Part shown: piece after piece, positions 27,716-40,708 of the stretch
Numbering within the stretch: the stretch's first letter is position 1
How the letters are laid out: every line of letters starts with the position of its first letter
Assembly (NCBI GenBank): GCA_963815455.1
Contig: CAWFGO010000003.1
Location: 288,001 to 352,000, forward strand
Source: an uncultured Verrucomicrobiae bacterium
GTDB lineage: Bacteria; Verrucomicrobiota; Verrucomicrobiia; Chthoniobacterales; UBA10450
DNA length: 64,000 nt
Direction: 5' to 3'
Notes under the pieces: model-generated
What the model was told of the DNA's origin: nothing
The model's database searches: none
The model's input: the letters and a program-made list of their open reading frames with translations, nothing else
Made by a program: the position numbers and the translations under genes

Positions 27716-30007
27716 GTGGCCTACCGCTCTCCCCAGAGTCTGTCCATCCTCTTCGCTGCTTTTGTCGCCACCAGTTTGCCAGCGCAAATCTGGACCGGAG
27801 CCGGCAGCGATAACAATTGGACTACGCCGCAGAATTGGGCCGAGGGAATCGCCCCCACTTCCAGTTCGAACACATGGATTCAATTTGTAGGGTCTCCACC
27901 TCGCACGACCCCGTTTACTGATACAAACTTGCCGTGGGTCCTAAACCGTATCGACTTGATTAACTCCAACTACGGACTGTCAGCTCCTTTTACGCTTTCG
28001 GGCAATCAGATTTCCTTCCGAGGCGCAACTCCCAAGATCCTTAATACTGCAACCGCTTCGCCACAGATAATTGTCAATGATATCGACATCCCTGACTCGG
28101 ATTTGACCATCGATAGTTTCGGACATTCCATCACAATAACGGGTCATATTGGCGGACACGGCGGCCTGATTGTGATCGGAGGACTCATCCTTGGCGCACC
28201 CAATGATTACCAAGGTCAAACGACGATCGGTGGAACGAACTTAAACGGAACAATGCTAGGCGGACAAATTTCGATCACAGATGCCAACTCACTGGGAACA
28301 ACGGACGGGGCCGTGGTAGTTAGAGCGGGCTCGTTGCGCTTAAGCGGCGGGATAAATGTTATCGGCAAATTGCTGATTCTGGATGGCGGCGCATTAACTA
28401 GCACTTCTGCGAATAACACATGGAGCGGCGCCATCGCGAACGTGCGTGGCGGCGACATTACTTCAATGGCCGCCGGGGACTCGCTTACTGTGGGTGGTGC
28501 CTTTGATGGTCAAGGCAATGACCTCTACATACGAGGAGCTGGGAGCATCGTGATTTCCGGGCCCATCAACAACTTGAATCAGCGCGGGCTAACTAAGTTT
28601 GGAACCGGCACTCTCACCTTATCCGGTCTGAATTCGAACATTCACCAAATCATCGTCTACGACGGCGCGGTCATCGCGGCACAGGATAATGCGGTTCCAA
28701 GCGACACTTTCATCCAGCTGATTCCCAATACCGGAAACGGCAATATCCCCGCGTATCCGACATTAAAGATCGAGCAAGACACGACGATTAGCGGAATCAG
28801 GAGCTACGCTTCGGGAGGGATAGCCACCGTTCAGCTCGGTCCTCACACCCTAACCAGCAATCAACAAGCATATTCATCTTTCGCCGGAACAATCACCGGT
28901 TCCGGCAGCGTTGTTAAGGAAGGGCCCGGAATCCTTGAACTCAGTGGTCCCAACAATTATTCCGGCGGGACATTTATTAACGACGGTGTCATGAGGTTCG
29001 ATTCGCTGGGAGCGATCGCCGGTTCGGGCGCCAACGTGAAAATAAGCAATGGAGCCATAGTTACCACGTTTGTTTTTGCGATCGATCAGGCTTTTCTCAA
29101 TCGCATCAATCCTTCGTCCATTGGCACGGTGGCTCCTTGTACGAGCAGCAGTAATTCGTTGGACTTCGGCGCCGCTGGGCTAAAGAACGTACGTTTCGGC
29201 GCTTGTGGTTCGGTGGCCTATGGAGGAACTATAACACCGGCAAATTCCGTTTATCGCTTAGGCGGCGCAGGCGGAACCCTGAATTTGACAGCACTGAACG
29301 CATTGAGCGGTGACGCGTCGCTGGAGATCGGGCCGAGCTCGTCGGCTGCGGGAACAGTTATTCTTTCCAACGACAACACACTGACGGGCCCGGTCAGCGT
29401 GAGCGGTGGCCTGCTGCAAGTTAGCTCATCGGCCCTGAAATCCGGACCGATAGGTGTAATGAGCGGCACGACGCTGCATCTGTATACCGGCACGATCAAT
29501 TCTACGACCGTCACGATTGATCCGGGCGGCCTCCTTACCGGCTGCGGAACGATTAACGCGGATGTCGTCAATAACGGGACTGTTTCGGTTAACTGCAGCG
29601 GCGCGCTCAACATTACCGGGAACATTACCAACAACGGTACGATCGGGGTCTACAACGGGTCGACGCTCGTTGCGACCGGTTCTTTTATTAATAATGGCGT
29701 TCTCGATCTTCTCACGAGCCCGCAAACCGTTCTGCCGTCCGATTTCGTCAACAACGGCACAGTTATCGATTCGAGTAATGTCGCGATTCAAACGATCGCT
29801 AATACTGGCAATACGTTTATGGTCACGATTCGATCATTCACTGGTCACAGCTATCAGTTGCAACGAACGGCATCGCTCGCCCCAGCACCCGTGAGTTGGC
29901 AATACGTCGGACCCTCCCAGGCTGGAACCACGGGCCAAATCCTCACCTTTACAGATTCAAACGCAACGGGCTCACAATTGTTCTACAGGGTGCAGCTAGC
30001 TCCATAA
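27716..30007 (+). CDS. Secreted protein with autotransporter-associated beta-strand repeats
   Basis: Signal peptide, WTGAGSDNNW, repeats LTKFGTGTLTLSG and VVKEGPGILELSGPNNYSGGT. C-terminus ...YQLQR...W...FTD...FYRV, with no beta-barrel. Confidence 0.85.
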   Translation: MAYRSPQSLSILFAAFVATSLPAQIWTGAGSDNNWTTPQNWAEGIAPTSSSNTWIQFVGSPPRTTPFTDTNLPWVLNRIDLINSNYGLSAPFTLSGNQISFRGATPKILNTATASPQIIVNDIDIPDSDLTIDSFGHSITITGHIGGHGGLIVIGGLILGAPNDYQGQTTIGGTNLNGTMLGGQISITDANSLGTTDGAVVVRAGSLRLSGGINVIGKLLILDGGALTSTSANNTWSGAIANVRGGDITSMAAGDSLTVGGAFDGQGNDLYIRGAGSIVISGPINNLNQRGLTKFGTGTLTLSGLNSNIHQIIVYDGAVIAAQDNAVPSDTFIQLIPNTGNGNIPAYPTLKIEQDTTISGIRSYASGGIATVQLGPHTLTSNQQAYSSFAGTITGSGSVVKEGPGILELSGPNNYSGGTFINDGVMRFDSLGAIAGSGANVKISNGAIVTTFVFAIDQAFLNRINPSSIGTVAPCTSSSNSLDFGAAGLKNVRFGACGSVAYGGTITPANSVYRLGGAGGTLNLTALNALSGDASLEIGPSSSAAGTVILSNDNTLTGPVSVSGGLLQVSSSALKSGPIGVMSGTTLHLYTGTINSTTVTIDPGGLLTGCGTINADVVNNGTVSVNCSGALNITGNITNNGTIGVYNGSTLVATGSFINNGVLDLLTSPQTVLPSDFVNNGTVIDSSNVAIQTIANTGNTFMVTIRSFTGHSYQLQRTASLAPAPVSWQYVGPSQAGTTGQILTFTDSNATGSQLFYRVQLAP

Positions 30008-30097
30008 GACTTCGATTTTGTCTTCCTCCGTGTGGGGAAAGAAGCTTTCCTGCCAATCACACAATCACACTCTCTTTTCCAGATTCATCGACTGATT

Positions 30098-30202
30098 TCT
30101 TTTTCCTCTCAGCATTTTTCGCTGGAGTCGCCGCTACACTGAATCAATCAGGGCTGGATAATATCCAATCCCCGAAGCTGTAGCCGCCGGCGCCGACTGC
30201 GG
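30098..30202 (+). repeat. ~104-bp direct repeat, right copy
   Basis: Aligns with 27558-27661. Confidence 0.85.
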
Positions 30203-30475
30203 CTCTTCTGTATTTGACGCGCTTTTTCTCATCACGCCTCAAATGTTAAATGTTAAACATTCAACTTTCTCGAGGCAGGACGTACATCCGGCGAGCCTAC
30301 TGAATTGACAGCAATTTTCGACACTTTTTTGTGTGCGGAAATAAGTTCATGCGGCGAGGGCGCCATCACTAACACGCGAGGGGCACGTGCGCTCCCCGGA
30401 TTCTGAAATCTTTGATCTGTCCTTTTTCGCGTCGATTAGCGTGTTTCGCGGGCTCCAATCTCGTGAAGTTCGACC

Positions 30476-30877
30476 TTAATGGTGCCGGCGTCGCTTAACA
30501 TGAAGCTGTGCCAGCGCCTTTTGCAAACTTGCCTGAATGGCGGCGACTTCTTCTTTGCCGTGATCTTCTTTCATGGCCGCTTTGGCGCGTTCGACGGCGG
30601 CTTCGGCGGCGGCGATGTCGATCTTCTCGGCTTCCAATGCCATGTCGGTCAGCACTGAGACACTGTCGGCGTTGATCTCGACGAAGCCTTCACCGACTGC
30701 CATCGATGTTTCGCGGCCGTTTTTGCGGACACGCAGTTCGCCCGGAACTATCGCCGTGAGGAGCGGAACGTGTTTCGGATAGACGCCCATCTCGCCTTCC
30801 GAGCCGGGCAACGTAACCATGTCCACGTCTTCGGAGTAAATCTTTTCCTCGGGCGTGACGATTTCGAGCCTTAGCAT
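30476..30877 (-). CDS. atpC: ATP synthase epsilon subunit
   Basis: LRLEIVTPE...LPGSEGEMGVYPKHVP. Last gene of the atp operon. Confidence 0.95.
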   Translation of the reverse strand: MLRLEIVTPEEKIYSEDVDMVTLPGSEGEMGVYPKHVPLLTAIVPGELRVRKNGRETSMAVGEGFVEINADSVSVLTDMALEAEKIDIAAAEAAVERAKAAMKEDHGKEEVAAIQASLQKALAQLHVKRRRHH

Positions 30878-30879
30878 AA

Positions 30880-31020
30880 TTTCGATTTTCGATTTTCGAT
30901 TTTCGATTTAAAAGCAGGCATGCGTGCACGCGCAATGAAATAGAGCGCCACGACGTTTGCTTTGCGAATCCTTAGTCTAAAAGTCATGCAAATTTCGATT
31001 TTCGATTCTGGATTTTCGAT
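30880..31020. repeat. Two (TTTCGAT)n heptamer arrays
   Basis: 30880-30909 has four TTTCGAT units; 30992-31020 has four units, one degenerate. Confidence 0.9.
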
Positions 31021-31032
31021 CTACAAACAGAA

Positions 31033-32843
<1,811 letters not shown>

Positions 32844-33719
32844 CTAAGAGCCGAGCGCCATTTGCGCAGTCGCGATTTCAAGCAACTCGGTGGTAATACT
32901 GGCCTGACGCATCTTGTTGTATTCGAGCGTCAAATCTTTGATGAACTGCTGCGCGTTATCGGTGGCGTTCTTCATCGCCACCATTCGCGCACTGTGCTCC
33001 GATGCGCGGGCGTCGAGGATCATCTGGTAAATCTGATACTGAAGGTAATAGGGCAACATGATATCGAGCACGGCTTCGGCGTTCGGCTCGAACGTATAAG
33101 TCGCCATCACATCGACATCTTTCTTATCGCCCTCAGTCGATTCGCCTTTCGGCAAATCAAAACTGCTGATCGGCAGCAACGTGCTCAGGACCGGACGCTG
33201 ATTAATCGTGTTGATGAATTGCGTGTAGAGAACGGTCACCTTGTCCACTTCGCGCTTCAGAAATGCTTCGGTGGCGAATTTGGCGATGACTTTGGTTTCG
33301 ACGAACGATGGCGCGTCTTTCAATTCGAAATCGGCGAGCAATTCCCGTTTGGTCCGGGTAACAAACTGCCGCGCCTTGCGTCCGGTCACGACGAAAACGC
33401 TTTTGTCAGCTTCGAACTGCGATGCTTCACGGAAAAGATTGGTATTTAGCGCGCCGGCCAGGCCTTTGTCCGTGCTGATAATGATCACCAGTTCCTTTTG
33501 CACGGGGCGAATCTGCAGAAGCGGATGCGTTCTCGGATCGGTGCGCTTTTGAAGGGAGACCAGCACCTTGTTCATCAGGGTGGCATACGGCCGTCCGGCC
33601 AATGCCTGCTGCTGCGCCTTGCGCATCTTCGAAGCGGCCACCATCTGCATCGCCTTCGTAATTTGCGCCGTATTGCGGATCGATTTGATCCGGCGTCGTA
33701 TTTCCTGGGTATTGGCCAT
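32844..33719 (-). CDS. atpG: ATP synthase gamma subunit
   Basis: QITKAMQMVAASK and RQASITTELLEI motifs. Confidence 0.98.
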   Translation of the reverse strand: MANTQEIRRRIKSIRNTAQITKAMQMVAASKMRKAQQQALAGRPYATLMNKVLVSLQKRTDPRTHPLLQIRPVQKELVIIISTDKGLAGALNTNLFREASQFEADKSVFVVTGRKARQFVTRTKRELLADFELKDAPSFVETKVIAKFATEAFLKREVDKVTVLYTQFINTINQRPVLSTLLPISSFDLPKGESTEGDKKDVDVMATYTFEPNAEAVLDIMLPYYLQYQIYQMILDARASEHSARMVAMKNATDNAQQFIKDLTLEYNKMRQASITTELLEIATAQMALGS

Positions 33720-34307
33720 TTAGCGAATTTTCGATTTCCGATTGATCCGATAGCGCGCGGTTCGCTCGCGAACGTGAAAGCCGATCTCGCGCTTTTTCGG
33801 CGGCACTGTTGGCTCAAGCAGGCGTTTCAACGCCGCGAAAAGATCGATGATTGCTTCGTCATGCGAATCGAGCCGGCGCTCCAGTTCTTTCAAGTTTGGC
33901 CGCGAGTTGCGCATTCGCTGCAACCATTTCGCGCAGCTTAATGAACGCGCGAACCACCCGCACACTCGCTTGAATAGCGATATCGCTATTGAGCACGCTC
34001 GCGAGCATGATTGCGCCATGCTCGGTGAAAACCCATGGCAGCTTTCGTTTGCCACCGTGCGGTTTGAGGTCACAATTGCCTAAACTTGAAGTCGCAAATT
34101 GCGACTTCAAGTTTGTAAACTCCTCAGCCACTAAGCTGAAACGCAAAGTCTTCCGGGAAGCGTGAGCGATTTCTCTTCAGTTGTTCATTGAGGCGCTTGG
34201 TCGTGACGCCGTAAATCGCAGCCAAGATCCGAATCGAGCATGACCCGCTGGCCGCGAATCAGGTAGATCGCGCTTTCGACCGGGTCGATCTTGCGATTGG
34301 AAGCCAT
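33720..34307 (-). CDS. ORF6N domain protein inserted between atpA and atpG (several frameshifts)
   Basis: [28 protein letters not shown]...RFPEDF...[10 protein letters not shown]...[19 protein letters not shown]...VVRAF...[11 protein letters not shown], read across 3-4 frames. Confidence 0.85.
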
Positions 34308-34333
34308 AGCTGAATCGAAAGCGTGCAACGAAA

Positions 34334-35867
<1,534 letters not shown>

Positions 35868-35876
35868 GGTTTCGGA

Positions 35877-36278
35877 TTAGTTGTGTGAAAGTTCCTGCTG
35901 CAGCCGCTCCAAACGATTTCGAACGCTGCCATCCCAGACGTCGCTCCCCACCCGGACGCGCACGCCACCGAGAAGAGTTGGATCGACGATGACCTCGGCA
36001 GTCAAATCGTCGCCGTATTTTTGTTTTAATCGCTCGATCATTTTCGCCGAAGCTTCCTTGCTCAGCTCGCTGGCGCTCTCGATCTTCGCGTGCCGTTTTT
36101 CGATCTCGAGTCGAACCAGGCGCTGGAAGTTCTGTAAAATTTCCGCAACGTAGCGCGGCTTCTTTGTGATCAATAATTGGACCAACGCCGCAACCTTGCC
36201 CCGATCGAGCCGGCCATCGGTAAAACTGGCCCGCAACATTTCCCGCGAAAGCCTGCGGATCTCCTTGTTGATCTTCAT
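35877..36278 (-). CDS. atpH: ATP synthase delta subunit (short form)
   Basis: VDPTLLGGVRVRVGSDVWDGSV motif and operon position. Confidence 0.92.
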   Translation of the reverse strand: MKINKEIRRLSREMLRASFTDGRLDRGKVAALVQLLITKKPRYVAEILQNFQRLVRLEIEKRHAKIESASELSKEASAKMIERLKQKYGDDLTAEVIVDPTLLGGVRVRVGSDVWDGSVRNRLERLQQELSHN

Positions 36279-36820
36279 CAGGCCAGCTGGCGAGCGGCCT
36301 CTTCCTGAAGCCGCCGTTGATCGTCCGGGGTCAACACTTTGCCCGTGACTTTTGCGGTGGTATCGACCACGAGACGCCCCAATTCACGTTTCATCGCTTC
36401 CATTGTGCGTTCGTGTTCCATCGTGCTGGCTTCGCGGGCCTTCGCCAGGATTTGCTCGGCCGCGACAATCGCTTCCTGCTGCTTGCGCTCGGACAAATGC
36501 GCGGCGCTCGCCCGCGCTTCGTCGATCATTTTTTGCGCTTCCGCATTCGCCTTGGTCAGGATTTCCGCATGCCGTTCCTCCGCTTCCGCGAGCTGCTGCT
36601 TGATTTTCTCTGCGTTAAGCTGGCCTTCTTCGATCTTACGCCGGCGTTCCTCAAGGATGGCAAGAATCGGCTTGTAGGCGAACCGGCGCAGCAGCAAGGC
36701 GACAATCGTAAAACTAATAACTTGCGACAAAAAGAGCCATGGATTCCAACCGAAGGTCTCGGAAATATCGCGCAACATATCGCCCGCGCCTCCGCTTGCT
36801 GCGGCAATCATCGTGTTCAT
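36278..36820 (-). CDS. atpF: ATP synthase subunit b
   Basis: QVISFTIVALLLRRFAYKPILAILEERR followed by a coiled coil. Confidence 0.95.
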   Translation of the reverse strand: MNTMIAAASGGAGDMLRDISETFGWNPWLFLSQVISFTIVALLLRRFAYKPILAILEERRRKIEEGQLNAEKIKQQLAEAEERHAEILTKANAEAQKMIDEARASAAHLSERKQQEAIVAAEQILAKAREASTMEHERTMEAMKRELGRLVVDTTAKVTGKVLTPDDQRRLQEEAARQLA

Positions 36821-36865
36821 AAGCTAAACCTCACCGCAGAAGCAGTCATCGCGCGTTGCCCAGGA

Positions 36866-37081
36866 TTAATGGCCAATGAGAAAGAGCGCGTAGAAAACGA
36901 TCGCCTCGGTCAACGCGATGGCGAGAATTCCGTGCACCAATACAGGCGTAAAAGCGCCCGGGTTTCGCCCGACCGCCGTCGTCATGCCGAGGCCGATCAG
37001 GCCGAGGCCGATTCCCACGCCCATGGCTGCCAAACCAACGTGAATGCTGCCGCCCATTTCTGCTAGTAGTGATAACATCAT
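36866..37081 (-). CDS. atpE: ATP synthase subunit c
   Basis: GVGIGLG...AVGRNP...ALTEAI (proton-binding Glu). ATG at 37081. Confidence 0.95.
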   Translation of the reverse strand: MMLSLLAEMGGSIHVGLAAMGVGIGLGLIGLGMTTAVGRNPGAFTPVLVHGILAIALTEAIVFYALFLIGH

Positions 37082-37133
37082 AGTTCTTAGTCTTGTTGTT
37101 TGTTCCGCGATCCCGTTATGAAATCGCTTAAAT

Positions 37134-38054
37134 TCAATGTGCCTTCTCCGCGCTGTGTTCCGCAATCAAGAGAGTGAAAACCGCCGTGAGCAACATAAAG
37201 ACCAGCGCCTGGACGAATCCTACCAGCACCTCCAAAAAATAAAATGGAATTGGGATCAGCCAGGAAAGCATCGGCACCATGCTCGATAAAACCTCGATGA
37301 TGCTCTCCCCCGCGTAAATGTTTCCGAACAATCGAAAGCTCAGGGCGATCGGGCGGAAAAGGATCGAGACCACTTCTAGCCAGCCCACCATGAAGAAAAT
37401 AACCACCATCAAAATCCGCACAATTCCCGTGGTCTCGCCTTTCGGGCCAAAGAGGTGAAGCAACAGGCCGCCCACGCCATTGGCTTGAATCGCCCAAATG
37501 ATCCAAAGAACAAAGAAGATTGCCGCCATCGCGGTCGTCATGTTTAAGTCCGCGTTGCCGCCACGCAGTAGGGGCCGATCCACGTGGAAAATGCCCGTCG
37601 CCGCATCGTGATGGCCCCAGCCGATCGTCCCCACGCCGGGAATCAGTCCTAACCAGTTGACGAACAGGATGAAAATGAAAATGGTCGCAAAAAACCAAAA
37701 CGTCTTTCGGACCAGATCGCGGCCGATAATGCCCTCGAGAAAATTGTAGAGACTTTCCACCAGCCATTCCCAGAAATTCTGCAATCCGCTGGGAATCGAC
37801 TTCGCTTTTCGCGTAGCCAATTGGGCCAGAATGATAATACCGGCCGCCACCACCCATGTGACCAACATCGAGTTCGTAATCGCAAACTTTCCAATGTGAA
37901 CGAGCTCCGCGGCCTTTAACGAAAGTGCTTCGTGCTCCTCGGCGACCGCCGCGCCTGATGCGGGTTCCATCCCGAATGCCGCTGTGGCCAGAACACAGCC
38001 GCAACACAGCGCGAAGATCGACAACGATAGACAGGAAAAATAACGGTCCTGCAT
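37134..38054 (-). CDS. atpB: ATP synthase subunit a
   Basis: RPIALSFRLFGNIYAGE and VQALVFMLLT motifs. Confidence 0.96.
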   Translation of the reverse strand: MQDRYFSCLSLSIFALCCGCVLATAAFGMEPASGAAVAEEHEALSLKAAELVHIGKFAITNSMLVTWVVAAGIIILAQLATRKAKSIPSGLQNFWEWLVESLYNFLEGIIGRDLVRKTFWFFATIFIFILFVNWLGLIPGVGTIGWGHHDAATGIFHVDRPLLRGGNADLNMTTAMAAIFFVLWIIWAIQANGVGGLLLHLFGPKGETTGIVRILMVVIFFMVGWLEVVSILFRPIALSFRLFGNIYAGESIIEVLSSMVPMLSWLIPIPFYFLEVLVGFVQALVFMLLTAVFTLLIAEHSAEKAH

Positions 38055-38232
38055 TCAGTTAGTGGCAATGCCGCGGCCTGACGTTTATTCGTCCGCGTCA
38101 GGTGCAAAAAGCATCGACGCTCGGGGCAAGGCGCGCTTGCGTCGCGGATATCAAAGCTGCTTTTGCGCGGATGACAAGCGCCTTTCCTGAAAAAATTCCA
38201 CATCCGGTGGATACGGCCTGCGTATCAAACAT

Positions 38233-39064
38233 TTGCATCCCCATACATCTTCCGGCGATAGGACGCCTTCTCGCAGCTCCCGGCTTGTTTGTCGCCGACT
38301 TATCGGCATCCTTTTCCCCGTGCGGCTCGCGCGAAAAATTCAAAAGCTCTTCTCGGCCGAAATCTTTCCCAGTTTCTGGGAAAACGCGGCGCGAGCATTG
38401 CATCCGGTAAACAGCCGCCGAATCCTCGCCACGATCGACAAGGATAAACTTGTCCGCTTGCGCCAGCAGTGTCCGCGGCGGCCGAATGCGCGACAAATCA
38501 ACGCCTACGAGAACGCTGATTACTGGATCGGCGTGAACGTGAAGCGGGTGCAGGACCTTTGGCTCGATCGCACACGGCCGCTGCGCATTCTCGATCTTGG
38601 CTGCGGCCCGGGATATTTTCTCTACGTCTGCCGTCTGTTCGGGCATGAGGGCATCGGTCTCGATCGCGACCAGGAACCGATTTTTCGCGGACTGACCGAG
38701 TTCTTCAACGTGCGCCGCGTGATCTCGCAGATCGACCGTGAGGTTCCCCTGCCCGATCTCGGAGGAAAATTCGACCTGGTGACTTCGCATCGCGTCTGTT
38801 TTCACCGAATCAATCGCGCGGCGAACGACGACTGGAACGAGTGGACTCCCGTCGACTGGCGATTCCTTATTAACGATATCAGAACGCGATTTCTGAAACC
38901 GAACGGCCGATTGCTGCTCGAGTTCATGCCCCGGCCCGACGGCAGCTCATTTTTCAAGCCGGAGCTGCGCGCTTGTTTTATCAAGCGAGGGCGCTCGCAT
39001 CTTTCGCTCGAAGGCACTGTTCGCGGCGGATCCGAAGCAACGCCCACGATTCAAACAGCTGTAG
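38233..39064 (+). CDS. Class I SAM-dependent methyltransferase (3' frameshift; start uncertain)
   Basis: RILDLGCGPG, FDLVT and LKPNGRL motifs. An alternate frame gives ...GARIFRSKALFAADPKQRPRFKQL* ending at 39064. Confidence 0.75.
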
Positions 39065-39131
39065 CCGCGTCGCTCTGTCGACGCGATCCGCATCGCGACT
39101 GGCATTGCGGCGACACAGCGCCGTGGCTACA
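39060..39131. repeat. GTAG-type REP doublet between convergent genes
   Basis: TGTAGCCGCGTCGCTCTGTCGACGCG...GGCGACACAGCGCCGTGGCTACA. Confidence 0.75.
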
Positions 39132-39927
39132 ACTTCCAATCCGCGCAATCCCACCAAGCAGCTTTTCGAGTCTTGCGACGTCATCGGCAAAAATTGGGAC
39201 GCAAATATTCCCGTTCCGCCGACGTGATCTCGCGTTCGTAGGGCACGACGTTGCTGATCCTTGTTTCGCGGGACCGAGGCCTTGTCCACACCAGAAACTC
39301 AAAAATGGAATCGAGCGTCTTGCTGGTTGTCCGGTCGCGAAATTCTTCGGATTTGACGATCTTCACCTGTTCCCGCGGGAAAAACTTGAAAACGCGTTCG
39401 ATCTGTTCGGCATACAGTCCCCGATCGACATAGGAAAACCGTCGGGATTGCAGCGGAGCTTCCTGCCGCGCTCGATCCGGTTCCGTTTTCACAGCTTCCA
39501 AAAAATCGAGCGGCTCGCGTTTCTTGAACCGCTGCATGTTCCAATGGGCGAAGGCCCGGTCGATCGGATTTCGTAACAGAATCAGCAGCTTGATCTTTGG
39601 ATTGTATTTCCAAATTCGCTCCATGGCCGGATTCCAATAAAGATAGATCGGAGTGCAATCGCCGGCGACTGCCTGCCGCGCCGTAGTGCTACGAAGGCGG
39701 GTCGATCCTCCGACCGGCGAATAGTGCCGGTGCAGCAGTTCGTAATCGACTGGCCCGGCAAAAATTTTCTCATCATCGAAGAAGTGCATCTCCTGCTTGT
39801 CGCCCATCGTGATATCGGGGTGTTTCGACAAGAAATAATGAAGCGCCGTCGTTCCCGACTTTTGCGCGCCGGCGAGAATAAAATCGAGCGCGTTGATCTT
39901 GTGCCGTTTAGTTCGAAGCATTGCCAT
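39127..39927 (-). CDS. Sulfotransferase (heparan 3-O-sulfotransferase-like PAPS-binding fold), 3' frameshifts
   Basis: AGAQKSGTT, KQEMHFFD and LRNPIDRAFAHW motifs. The corrected tail ...EKLLGWDCADWKL* ends at 39127. Confidence 0.85.
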
Positions 39928-39936
39928 CCAAGCTAA

Positions 39937-40627
39937 TCAAAACCGATAGCCGTGCAGGTCGATTTCTTTGGCGAAAGCTTCTTCCACGATCCGGCGTTGT
40001 GTTTCGTTAAATACTTCCTGATAGGGCCTGCGATCGGTCCGATGTTCCGATTTCGCGCGGACCCCAAGCGAGCCGTCAAACGGCACACCGAGCCGCGCAA
40101 ACACTTCCGCCAACTCGGCCATGAGATTTTCATACCGCACAATACGATCGACAATGATCTTGTTTCCAGAGGGATCGGTATATCGGACGTAATTAAGCGG
40201 AAACTTTCCGATCGCGAGGTATTGATCGAGCGTGAGCGTGCCGCCTTTCCGTGAGGCGTTCATGTGATAATGCGACAGAACTTTGTCCCACGGGTTTCGT
40301 TCCACGCAGAATTTGAAATAAGTATTCCAGATTTCTGGCGACACGCGCTTTTGGATGAGCCACGCAGGCATATGATTGTAAAATTTCTTGCGCCTGCGGA
40401 CCGGGTGCCGCAAATCCTTAAGCGGACCGAATGGCTGTTTGAACACGTCCGCGATTGGATAAGCGAAGCCTTCGTCGTTGCGCGGCTGGTGTCCTTCAAC
40501 CGGCGGGCGGATAGGCGTCAGGAACGTCGTTGGCACCACAGTGCTTCGAGAGAAAAACCTCGATGCTCGTCCCCGCCGTCTTCACTGTTTTGATGAAGAT
40601 AAATTTGTGCTTGTGGGAAATGATCAT
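39937..40627 (-). CDS. Sulfotransferase family 2 protein (one frameshift near 40530)
   Basis: MIISHKHKFIFIKTVKTAGTSIE from ATG at 40627, then YFKFCVERNPWDKVLSHY. Confidence 0.85.
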
Positions 40628-40708
40628 CCGAGCCCGCCTGGCGTCTGATACAGACGCCCTACAGTTCTTTTCGTCGTCGGCTCCGCGGAGCGTCGCCTTA
40701 CCAGCAGA

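Noticed and set aside
38233..39576. 447-aa methyltransferase with a long C-terminal extension
   Set aside because: The extension overlaps the antisense sulfotransferase and results from a frameshift near 38985.
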